From the NCBI GenBank assembly GCA_002495235.1, contig DAEG01000019.1:1-40677 (forward strand): DNA of 40,677 nt, given 5' to 3'. This stretch comes from Euryarchaeota archaeon UBA287. Its GTDB lineage: Archaea > Thermoplasmatota > UBA186 > UBA287. Numbering within the stretch: position 1 is the first letter of the stretch; every line of letters begins with the position of its first letter. Both the position numbers and the translations under genes were made by a program. A model generated the notes under the pieces. The model worked only from the letters and a program-made list of their open reading frames with translations, made no database searches and was not told where the DNA came from. Shown here one piece after another: positions 1 to 8,049 of the stretch.

Positions 1-190
1 GCTCGAAGTCCTCGCGCTGTGTGTTGCCGGGATCGTCGAAATGGACGTGCGCGTCTATTGCCCCCGGCATGACAAAGAGCCCTCTCATGTCGATGATGTC
101 AGCATTCTCCCTGATGTCGCTCGCTATCCTCTCTATCTTTTCTCCCTTTATCAGTATATCCTTGGTCTCCAGTGATCCCTGCTGAAGCAT
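1..190 (-). CDS. Amidohydrolase-superfamily enzyme, N-terminal fragment (dihydroorotase/allantoinase/hydantoinase-like), running off the window edge
   Basis: My own translation of the minus strand from the ATG at 188-190 gives MLQQGSLETKDILIKGEKIERIASDIRENADIIDMRGLFVMPGAIDAHVHFDDPGNTQREDFE. PGxIDxHVH is the HxH metal-binding signature of cyclic amidohydrolases. The ORF is open at the edge, so it is absent from the ORF track. Confidence 0.6.
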   Translation of the reverse strand, partial: MLQQGSLETKDILIKGEKIERIASDIRENADIIDMRGLFVMPGAIDAHVHFDDPGNTQREDFE

Positions 191-200
191 CCTGCAGTTC

Positions 201-1340
201 TTAAGCAGCAGCATCCCTCTCAACCTCCGAGCGCAGCAGCCCTAAGGCATGTGCGTCCTTGAGCCCGCTGCCCGTTATCAGCGCCACGCATTCATCGCTC
301 TCGTCTATGCGTCCTTCAGATGTCTCTTTCATTATGGCTGCGATCGCAGAGGCCGAGGCAAGCTCCGCGAATATGCCTGTCTCAGATGCGAGGAGTTTCA
401 GCGACTCGAACATCTCGTCATCGCTCACGGTGGTGAAGTGTCCGCCGGACGCCCTGACGTCTCTCAGTGCCATAAAACCGTTCCTCGGCTTGCATACGGC
501 GATGCTCTCCGCCATGGTGTCCGGCTTGCATTCGTGCTCTCTGTCACAAAAAGCGTTTGCGAGCGGAGCGCAGCCATCAGCCTGAACACCTATGAGAACC
601 GGCAGCTCTTCCATCAGCCCGCATGCCTTTAGCTCCCTGAAACCCTTCCAGACCCCGCTCAGTATGCAGCCGTCGCCAACAGGAACGAACACAAAGGATG
701 GAGCACGGAAATCCAGCTGCTCTGCTATCTCAAATGCGACGGTCTTCTTCCCGTCTATGGTGTAAGGGTTGTATGCGGTGTTCCTGTTGTAGTATCCTCT
801 TTCCCTTGACACGGAGTTGCATATGTCGTAGCAGTCGTCGTACGTCGCGTCTATCGCGATGATGTCCGCTCCGTAAGCCCTCATCTGGGCCAACTTCTGG
901 GGCGCTGCGGTCTTTGGAACAAAGATGTAGCTCTCAAATCCCTCTGATGCACACAGGCAAGCCAATGATACACCCGCATTGCCCGTTGAGGCGCAGGAGA
1001 TCTTTTCATACCCCATGCTCTTCGCCACAGAGACAACAGCAGCAGAAGCCCTGTCCTTCAATGATCCGCTGGGATTCCTTGTCTCATCCTTGAGAAGGAT
1101 CCTCGCGCCATAAGCGCCCCATTCATAGAGCGGAGTCCCGCCCACGGATAGCTTTGTCCTTTTTCCTGCCGGCAGCAGAGCGCTGTACCTCCACATGTCT
1201 TTTCCCTCAAAGCGCACGTCGGTGCAGTCATACAGGGTCTCAAGGATCCCGCCGCATTCGCACGTGTATGCAGTCTTGTCAGGCTCAAAAACCCTGCCGC
1301 ATCTGCTGCACTTAAGCGCTCTCAGCCTCTCATTCATCAT
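201..1340 (-). CDS. thrC: Threonine synthase family PLP enzyme with an N-terminal Cys4 zinc ribbon
   Basis: 379 aa. It has CSRCG...CECGG at the N-terminus, the PLP-lysine motif SGSLKDR, and the GNAG and GDG motifs typical of ThrC-type fold-II PLP enzymes. A cysteate-synthase paralog cannot be excluded by eye. Confidence 0.75.
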   Translation of the reverse strand: MMNERLRALKCSRCGRVFEPDKTAYTCECGGILETLYDCTDVRFEGKDMWRYSALLPAGKRTKLSVGGTPLYEWGAYGARILLKDETRNPSGSLKDRASAAVVSVAKSMGYEKISCASTGNAGVSLACLCASEGFESYIFVPKTAAPQKLAQMRAYGADIIAIDATYDDCYDICNSVSRERGYYNRNTAYNPYTIDGKKTVAFEIAEQLDFRAPSFVFVPVGDGCILSGVWKGFRELKACGLMEELPVLIGVQADGCAPLANAFCDREHECKPDTMAESIAVCKPRNGFMALRDVRASGGHFTTVSDDEMFESLKLLASETGIFAELASASAIAAIMKETSEGRIDESDECVALITGSGLKDAHALGLLRSEVERDAAA

Positions 1341-2782
1341 ATGAGCCCTACTCTCCTGTTGAACTCTCTTATGAGCTCGTCAGTCCTCTTATAGCCGTTC
1401 AACTTCTTCCTCCAGTGATCCCGGTCATACCACTGCTCGTTGAGCTCCTCAACGCTCTTTCCCTGCTGCTCAACCCACGTGAAATACTTCAGATTGTGTA
1501 TCCTCTTCCTGTCCCAGTAGGATAGCTCGGCCATGAAATCCGTTGTCGCTCCTTTAAGGTACCTCTCAAAGTCGCAGGCTGCCTGCGTTTCGGTATAGCC
1601 TGAACCAAGCTCTCTGAGTCTCGACTGGTAGAGCTCCATGGAATCCGTGGCCACGGTGAATATGATGTCATCCCCATCCATCTCGTAGTACTTTGCCATC
1701 TTTATAGCGCCCAGTATGTTGGCTATGGAGGATATGCCCAGAAGATCAAGCTTCTCCACGGTCTCGGAAGGCACTCCTCTGTCTCTGAGGAGTCCCCTGC
1801 CCTCCTGCGTGTTGAAAAGTCTTATGATGTGCATGCAGGCCTCATCATCTATGCCCGCCACCATGTCAAGATTCCTGGCGTCAAGGATCCACGGCACGTG
1901 CTTGTCACCTATGCCTTCTATCCTGTGCGCACCGAACCCGTTGTAGAGCAGCGTTGGGCACTGGAGAGCCTCTCCCGCGCATATCCTTATGCTGGGGAAT
2001 CTCTCTCTCAGGTAGTTTCCTGAGCCGAGGGTGCCCGCAGAGCCCTGCGTCAGGAACAGCGCTGTCAAGCGCTGTCCGCCCTTTCTCTCTTTAAGGTAGA
2101 CTTCCTCCATCGCCGGGCCGGTGACAGCGTAGTGCCACATGGGGTTCTCGAACTCTTCGAACTGGTTTAGGACCACTATTTCCTCAGGTCTCTCCTCCTT
2201 GAGCTCCTTGGTCTTGTCGAAGACCTCCTTCACGTTGCTCTCCACGCCGGGAGTGGGATATATCTCCGCACCGAGCTTCTTCAGCCACTCAAACCTCTCT
2301 CTGGACATTCCTTCGGGCAGAACGGCTATGCTGGGGCATCCCAGAAGGTAGGAGTTGTAGGCTCCGCCCCTGCAGTAGTTTCCTGTTGAAGGCCAGAGGG
2401 CCTTCTGCTTCGTGGGGTCAAACGCACCGGTGACAAGCCTGCTGACCAGAGGGCCAAAGGTAGCCCCGACCTTGTGCGAGCCCGTGGGAAAGAACCTGCC
2501 AAGAAGCACAAAGATCCTCGCTTTTACGCCAGTGAGCTCCTGAGGAAGCTCGAGATAATTGACCCCGCCGAACCCGCCGGTCTCAGGATCGTTCTTCCAC
2601 GTGATCCTGAAGAGATTCCTCGGGTGAAGGTCCCAGAGACCTATGCCCCTGAGCTCTTCCTTTATGCTCTCTGGCACCCTGGAGGGATCCCTCATCTGCT
2701 CGTAGGTCGGTATTATGATGTTCCTTTCCCTCGCCCTCTCTATGGCCTTCTCAAGGATCTTATCGTTCACACGCTCGGACAT
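1337..2782 (-). CDS. PLP-dependent fold-type II enzyme (cysteine synthase/TrpB-like superfamily, about 480 aa with a C-terminal extension); specific reaction unknown
   Basis: It contains the motif FPTGSHKVGA (a TrpB-like HK lysine), STGNYCRGGA, and GSAGT in the glycine loop. I prefer the start at the ATG at 2782 (MSERVNDK) because a TATA box lies at 2811-2820; the ATG at 2797 is an alternative. Its TGA overlaps the thrC ATG (ATGA at 1337-1340). Confidence 0.65.
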   Translation of the reverse strand: MSERVNDKILEKAIERARERNIIIPTYEQMRDPSRVPESIKEELRGIGLWDLHPRNLFRITWKNDPETGGFGGVNYLELPQELTGVKARIFVLLGRFFPTGSHKVGATFGPLVSRLVTGAFDPTKQKALWPSTGNYCRGGAYNSYLLGCPSIAVLPEGMSRERFEWLKKLGAEIYPTPGVESNVKEVFDKTKELKEERPEEIVVLNQFEEFENPMWHYAVTGPAMEEVYLKERKGGQRLTALFLTQGSAGTLGSGNYLRERFPSIRICAGEALQCPTLLYNGFGAHRIEGIGDKHVPWILDARNLDMVAGIDDEACMHIIRLFNTQEGRGLLRDRGVPSETVEKLDLLGISSIANILGAIKMAKYYEMDGDDIIFTVATDSMELYQSRLRELGSGYTETQAACDFERYLKGATTDFMAELSYWDRKRIHNLKYFTWVEQQGKSVEELNEQWYDRDHWRKKLNGYKRTDELIREFNRRVGLI

Positions 2783-2810
2783 GTTATCCCTACGCATTAG
2801 TAAAGTGCCT

Positions 2811-2820
2811 CGATATAAAC
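2811..2820 (-). promoter_or_regulatory. TATA box for the PLP-enzyme/thrC-like/amidohydrolase operon
   Basis: The minus strand reads GTTTATATCG, 19-35 nt upstream of the two candidate ATGs (2797 and 2782). Confidence 0.35.
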
Positions 2821-2958
2821 ATTTGTCGGCATTTGTGCCAGCCTGAACAGAGGGAAAATTATAGAAGTCCAGATGCGGATTCATTCTCATGAGATTGCGC
2901 AAGGGCTCATACTCCTTTATGCCCGACAAGCACATTGTCCGCACATGGGGGGCAGGTC

Positions 2959-4110
2959 ATGAATAAATGGTTTCCCGCGATAGCTCTCGTAGCACTCATT
3001 GTCGTAATTGGCGTCATCATCTTCAGGACAGATGATGATGAAGAACGCACTATCGAGGTGGTATCTGCAGAAAAGATGGCAGGGCTTGAGGATCTCTTTT
3101 ACGATAAGGAGCCCTGGCTGGGCGCTGACGGGGCTTACTCTCTGGATATATCAGAATTTCAGCCAAACACAGTGCTGTGGGTGTTCGGTGATACGCTGTG
3201 GGGCAGTATTGAGGGTGGCAGAAAGGTGTGGACAAGCGTTCCTAACAATTCCATAGCGCTGCAGGACACAATGGATGGGACCATCAGGTTCTATTCGGAA
3301 GGAAAAAACGTCTTTAAGCTGGCAGAGTGGATCAGAGGGAGAGAGCTCTGGGGACCGTGGCCCTTTGCGCCGTTCATCCAGAATGGCAGGATATACCTGT
3401 TCCTAGAGGTCATAGATCTTGCCGGATTCAAGGACGGGGACTGGCTGGCGGGCGTATACCTGGCAGAGGTGGAGAACCCTGAAGACAGCCCGGATGGCTG
3501 GAGGATCAACTATTATCCCGCAGACTCTCTCCCTGTGAAGTATGAAAATCATTCGTATCTATGGCTTGCAACCGATGTCCTGTCTGGAGATAGCACTTAT
3601 TACATGTACGGAGTCAGGCAGGAACAGATCCGTGATGGAGATGGAAAACAGAGGATAATCAGGCATTTTGTTGTCGCTAGGACTAAAGAATGTGTGACCA
3701 GCCAGAGCTGGGAATTCTATGACGGCACTAGCTGGGTCAGCGAGCCTCAGATTGTGAGAGGTGGTCCCGCAGACCTCAGCACGGAATATTCTGTTGACTA
3801 CATCCCCTGCTTCGGCAAATATCTGTTAGTCTATCAGAACGATCAGACGGAAGACAGGTCATCCATCCTGGCAAGATGGGCGGATACTCCGGTGGGGCCG
3901 TGGAGCGAGCCGCAGTTGCTCTACAATCCGCCGGAGGCGGACGATAGCCGCTGGTCGTATGCGATGAAAGCCCATTATCCGCATCTCTCTGAGGGAGCGA
4001 ACGAGGTTGTAGTCTCTTACGTGGTCAGATCCTCTGTCGATGAGGAGACCCTGTCGGACCCCGACCTGTACCGCCCGCGTTTTGTCAGGATAACTTTCTC
4101 CGAGCGCTGA
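2959..4110 (+). CDS. N-terminally membrane-anchored exported protein, possibly a beta-propeller glycosidase-like fold; function unknown
   Basis: From MNKWFPAIALVALIVVIGVIIF there is one hydrophobic anchor followed by a soluble domain of about 350 aa. The segment WLGADGAYS...LWVFGDTLWG...NNSIALQD resembles motifs of propeller-type glycoside hydrolase-like families, but this is only my recollection and no search was run. Confidence 0.5.
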   Translation: MNKWFPAIALVALIVVIGVIIFRTDDDEERTIEVVSAEKMAGLEDLFYDKEPWLGADGAYSLDISEFQPNTVLWVFGDTLWGSIEGGRKVWTSVPNNSIALQDTMDGTIRFYSEGKNVFKLAEWIRGRELWGPWPFAPFIQNGRIYLFLEVIDLAGFKDGDWLAGVYLAEVENPEDSPDGWRINYYPADSLPVKYENHSYLWLATDVLSGDSTYYMYGVRQEQIRDGDGKQRIIRHFVVARTKECVTSQSWEFYDGTSWVSEPQIVRGGPADLSTEYSVDYIPCFGKYLLVYQNDQTEDRSSILARWADTPVGPWSEPQLLYNPPEADDSRWSYAMKAHYPHLSEGANEVVVSYVVRSSVDEETLSDPDLYRPRFVRITFSER

Positions 4111-4277
4111 TGACTTTGTAAAGACTTTCAACACCTCGGATCGACATGCCCTGGCAGACCGTAAGAAAAGACGGCAGCCAAAAGACGCAGGTCATATCCG
4201 AAGAACCACAGCTGCGTACATTAGAAAAAGTCTCAGAAATCAACAAAAGGTATAGATACAATATGTCATTCTTTGTT

Positions 4278-4856
4278 ATGAATATAAAGGCAATCGCGCT
4301 TAGTACAGCGCTCCTGTTAGCGCTGCTGGTGCTGAACACTCATGTGAGCTTCGCTCAGCAGGATGTCGAGCCGGGGATAGACGGGCTGCTGGATTTCCAG
4401 ACGAACCTGGATAACATAGTGGCTTTTGTCAGGTATGCCATCGGTAGTTTCAGCCTGTCAGGAGAGTGGATAGCTGGCATAGATGACTATATAGACTCTT
4501 TCCCTGGCAACGCGGCCCTCACTGCAGGGTTCTACCTGAGCGCCATATCAATTCTCGGACCGATAGCGCTCTTAATCGTGGAATATGCCCTGATACTTAC
4601 TATAGTAGGCATAGTATTTGTGCCCATAATCCTGATAGTGTTGTTATTATCATATGTGATCTTTGGAGCGGCCGGTCTCATCGGAGGATACTTTGTCTAC
4701 TCCCACAGCGGCGAAAGTGAAATGAACAGGGTAGCGGGAGTAATCCAGATGGTCGGTGGCGGGTTGTACATGACGCTTGTAGGAGCAACCTTGGGGCAAC
4801 TGGCTCAGGCGCTCGGTCTGATCCTGCAGCTTTTGGGCATGCTCGGGGTGGCCTGA
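4278..4856 (+). CDS. Signal-peptide protein with a Gly/Ile/Leu-rich multi-TM C-terminal half; unknown function
   Basis: MNIKAIALSTALLLALLVLNTHVSFAQQ looks like a signal peptide. The C-terminal half is strongly hydrophobic (LLIVEYALILTIVGIVFVPIILIVLLLSYVIFGAAGLIGG...). I chose the start at 4278 because a TATA-like GGTATAGATAC lies about 26 nt upstream; 4263 is an alternative. Confidence 0.45.
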   Translation: MNIKAIALSTALLLALLVLNTHVSFAQQDVEPGIDGLLDFQTNLDNIVAFVRYAIGSFSLSGEWIAGIDDYIDSFPGNAALTAGFYLSAISILGPIALLIVEYALILTIVGIVFVPIILIVLLLSYVIFGAAGLIGGYFVYSHSGESEMNRVAGVIQMVGGGLYMTLVGATLGQLAQALGLILQLLGMLGVA

Positions 4857-4955
4857 GCGCTCTCTCCCCTTCCTTTTGTTGTGATAGACCTCAGATCACA
4901 CGCAACAGGCGTAGCGCTCAAAAAGGATATAAAACTATAGTAACCTATCCATTCT

Positions 4956-5618
4956 ATGGATCCTGTAGTAATAATGGATCTGCTTGCCGGCTCATTTGGT
5001 TTTGTCACCAGCATAGTGCTTTTTCGCAGGTACTTTAGATACAGGAACATCCAAGCCCTTGCCCTTGCACTTTGCGTGTTTGTCTATGCTCTTGGGAATT
5101 TTCTCTGGGTCCTGGATGACGCACAAAGCGTTGAGCAGTTCATCTTTGTGCTTCCAGCCTACATCTCAAACTATCTTCCTGCATACTTCGGATTTATCTT
5201 TGTGGCTCAGATGATAGGAAAGAGGGAGAAGGAGATGGCGATCATAGGCACGGTGATAGCGCTCATAGGGATTGCCGGCTTCGTCGTTTTTCCGCTAGAA
5301 TCCAAGATCATCGGTACTACATCAGCCTACTATCTCGGCCCGGAGTTGGAACTGGTTCTCATACCCATGGTTCTTATGGCTCTGTCTCTGCCCGTGTTCC
5401 TGCTTGTTTACGGGTTTACTATGCGAAGAGCAGGGAACAGGAGAGAGGCGGAGAAAGGATTCCTTCTTTCGATAGGCTTCCTGCTGATGGTGCTCGGAGA
5501 GTTCATATTAGTACCGTACCTAAAGATTCCTCTGCTTCTTGATCAGATATTGTTACTCGCTGGATTTGCGTTTATATCTTTCGTGTTCCTGTACACGGAG
5601 CGGCCTCTGCGCAGGTGA
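4956..5618 (+). CDS. Polytopic membrane protein (about 6-7 TM helices), unknown function
   Basis: 220 aa with alternating hydrophobic segments and short Arg/Lys-rich loops. A TATA box (GGATATAAAAC at 4924-4935) lies about 26 nt upstream of the ATG. Confidence 0.55.
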   Translation: MDPVVIMDLLAGSFGFVTSIVLFRRYFRYRNIQALALALCVFVYALGNFLWVLDDAQSVEQFIFVLPAYISNYLPAYFGFIFVAQMIGKREKEMAIIGTVIALIGIAGFVVFPLESKIIGTTSAYYLGPELELVLIPMVLMALSLPVFLLVYGFTMRRAGNRREAEKGFLLSIGFLLMVLGEFILVPYLKIPLLLDQILLLAGFAFISFVFLYTERPLRR

Positions 5619-5691
5619 TCTCGTAGGCATGTATGCTAAATGTGTTATATAGTAAATCATGTTTCGATATTGATTTTATTTAATAACGTAT

Positions 5692-6180
5692 TCATTGTAA
5701 AGTTTCGAATTCTCCCCTCTCCCGGATCTTGCGCACGTTGTCCCAGAGAAAGCAGCGCCCGTTCATTGTTATATACACTCCGTGAGGAAGGCCCTGTGCT
5801 AGCGCTATGGCACAACCAAGGTTGAACAGGCCGTCAGAGCTGCCAAAGACGTAGGGGCGCATCGCACCCGTGAGCACTACCGTTTTATCACTGATGTTCT
5901 GGCCCAGAAGCTTTGCTGTCTCTGTCATCGTGTCCGTGCCATGCGTTATAACGATTCTCTCTTCCTCGCAGCTACTGCACTCTTCGAGTATGAGTTTACG
6001 CTGCTCTTCGGTCATGTCGAGGCTGTCAACGAGCATGAGCGTCTTTACCCTCACAGGCTCCTTGCATCTTCCTGTGCGAAGCATCTCACTCACGTGCGTC
6101 TCTCTGAAAACGAGCCTGCCCGTGATCTCGTCGTAGTCCTTGTCGAAAGTGCCGCCAGTTACAAAGAGCGCTATTGCCAT
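5692..6180 (-). CDS. Short-chain L-asparaginase (N-terminal asparaginase domain only)
   Basis: 162 aa with the catalytic motifs FVTGGTFD (TGGT), ITHGTDTM and VLTGAMRP. The C-terminal domain of about 120 aa found in classical AnsA/AnsB is absent. Confidence 0.75.
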   Translation of the reverse strand: MAIALFVTGGTFDKDYDEITGRLVFRETHVSEMLRTGRCKEPVRVKTLMLVDSLDMTEEQRKLILEECSSCEEERIVITHGTDTMTETAKLLGQNISDKTVVLTGAMRPYVFGSSDGLFNLGCAIALAQGLPHGVYITMNGRCFLWDNVRKIRERGEFETLQ

Positions 6181-6319
6181 GAGAGAATAGCGCTATCCGG
6201 TTAGAAAAAGATATCTGTACTTTATTAACGATATAATATAAAATATATATCATAATTGCATTTACAAAATAACGGGTATGTGTATAAAAATCTTTTAAAA
6301 TTCTAGATTGATACCACTT

Positions 6320-7432
6320 ATGAAATGGCTAGCGCTGCCGATAGCGATCTTATTCCTAAGCTGTTGTGTAGAGAATACAGAACTCTCGGTTCCGAACAGC
6401 ATAGGAGAGGTAGTTCAAATCGCCTCCGCAGACGGCTCGATCGTTCTGAGACCTACGATGAAGTACGACATTTTTGAGTGCATGCTCATCGCAGTCGGGT
6501 CTGACGCTGATTTTGTCGCTTCTGGCGGAAGCTTTCTGAGCGAAGAGGGACTTAGATTCCAGAGTTTTGCCAGAGAGAGGATCTCTGATGAGCTTGCAGA
6601 GGACATAAAACAGTACATAATGTTTGATGGAGAACTCCGTCCTACAGATCACCATATTTGGCCACAGCTGATGCGGAATTGTCCAACGACGAACAACATT
6701 GAGGAGATAACCGATTACATAAATGATATAGAGAGGTGGTTTCCAGAAATCGTAGAATCTTCATTTATGCGATATAAGGAGGAAATAGTTGAAACCGTAG
6801 AAAAATTCTGGAACGAGATCTTTTATGATTATTATTCAGACTTGTATCCAAAAATTGTTGGATACTGTAAGGAGGCTATAAAGGAGGTAGATCATATAAT
6901 TGACGGACGCTTTTCGAGCGTCGGAATCCTTGGATTTATGGAAGAATGGTCCGGGCACAGGTTTGAGAGGAGGGTTCGCATGGTCTTATATCCCAATCCT
7001 TTCAGAATGATGGGCGCATACGCGGTTGAAGAACCGGGAGATCCTTTTGTGACCAGCGTCAAGATCACAGAGCCCGTGGATGAATGGATAACAACTCCAT
7101 TTCATGAATTCTCTCACATATTGCTTAGAGATGTGTTCTACAGCATGGGCTTCAGGGGTATTGCTAATAACATAGAGCCAACGGAGTACGATGAGAGCCT
7201 CTTCCACTGGTATGGAGACATGAGAGGGGTCATCGAAGAGTACTGCGCTGCTGCCTTTGATATCTTCCTGCAGGTAAAGGCAGGTTTTATAGAGGAGAGC
7301 AAAGCGCTACAGTATCACTATTACAGAACGGATCTCTGTCTGGATCTCACGGAGTATCTGCTCAAGAACCACGGACCCGGCAAAGACATCGGAGAGACCT
7401 TTCTTGAGTTTCTCCGGTCAAGAACGGGATAA
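6320..7432 (+). CDS. Putative lipoprotein with an HExxH zinc-metalloprotease motif
   Basis: MKWLALPIAILFLSCC looks like a signal peptide with a lipobox-like LSC. The later motif TTPFHEFSHILL contains HEFSH, which matches HExxH. The ATG at 6320 is preferred over the TTG at 6308. Confidence 0.55.
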   Translation: MKWLALPIAILFLSCCVENTELSVPNSIGEVVQIASADGSIVLRPTMKYDIFECMLIAVGSDADFVASGGSFLSEEGLRFQSFARERISDELAEDIKQYIMFDGELRPTDHHIWPQLMRNCPTTNNIEEITDYINDIERWFPEIVESSFMRYKEEIVETVEKFWNEIFYDYYSDLYPKIVGYCKEAIKEVDHIIDGRFSSVGILGFMEEWSGHRFERRVRMVLYPNPFRMMGAYAVEEPGDPFVTSVKITEPVDEWITTPFHEFSHILLRDVFYSMGFRGIANNIEPTEYDESLFHWYGDMRGVIEEYCAAAFDIFLQVKAGFIEESKALQYHYYRTDLCLDLTEYLLKNHGPGKDIGETFLEFLRSRTG

Positions 7433-8049
7433 CAGAGAAAAAACACGCGTGATTTTCGTTTCCAACCATTTTTCACACGTTTAGGGTAGGGGTATTCCTA
7501 TGAAAAATGGCTTTGCAGGAAGGCAGAAAAAACAGGATCCTGCAAAAAACAGCCAAAAGTTAATGTGATTACGTACACAGATCCTTTCACGCCTGTGTTT
7601 TTCTTTTTGGCAAACTTTTCAAATGAAAAGTCAGGACTCTCCAAAAAACGGAAAAAATCTGGAGATCCTTTTTTGTAACGTATTCACATTTACATATAAT
7701 GCACATAACGTAACATTACTTATTGTGGCATGTTTTTTGCGATACTAAACTCTCTCAGAAAAACAGGAGGTGTGTTAATGTGAATCCGTATGGCAATTTC
7801 TGTAAAACGGAACGAAAAGCCCATGAGGATCTTCAGGCGTGAGTTTCTTACAACCCTTTTTTTGACCGGCTGGGATGGTTTTGATGATGGCGGAATCCAA
7901 AAGTCTCTCTGCCGGATGTGGGCAGTCTTTCCGTTCAGGATCTATCTGCTTGCTGTTTTATCTGTATAACACTTGATTGAGTAATTATTGTGACGTTATG
8001 CCAGTTATGTAATAACAACATGATTAAACTCTTTGCGCCACCAAGGATC

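Noticed and set aside
249-632. Plus-strand ORFs of 108-127 aa (249-632 and 259-585) inside the thrC-like gene
   Set aside because: They lie antisense to a gene with strong family motifs. Their Ser/Ala/Arg-rich, low-complexity translations are typical of shadow ORFs in a genome with this codon bias.
2783-2944. A 54-codon N-terminal extension of the PLP-enzyme ORF
   Set aside because: The extension runs through the TATA box at 2811-2820 and overlaps the start of the divergent gene. The family-like sequence begins at MSERVNDK.
6409-6424. A T-loop-like GGTAGTTCAAATCGCC suggesting a tRNA
   Set aside because: It lies inside the lipoprotein CDS, and no acceptor, D or anticodon stems can be drawn around it. 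I found no convincing tRNA anywhere in the window.
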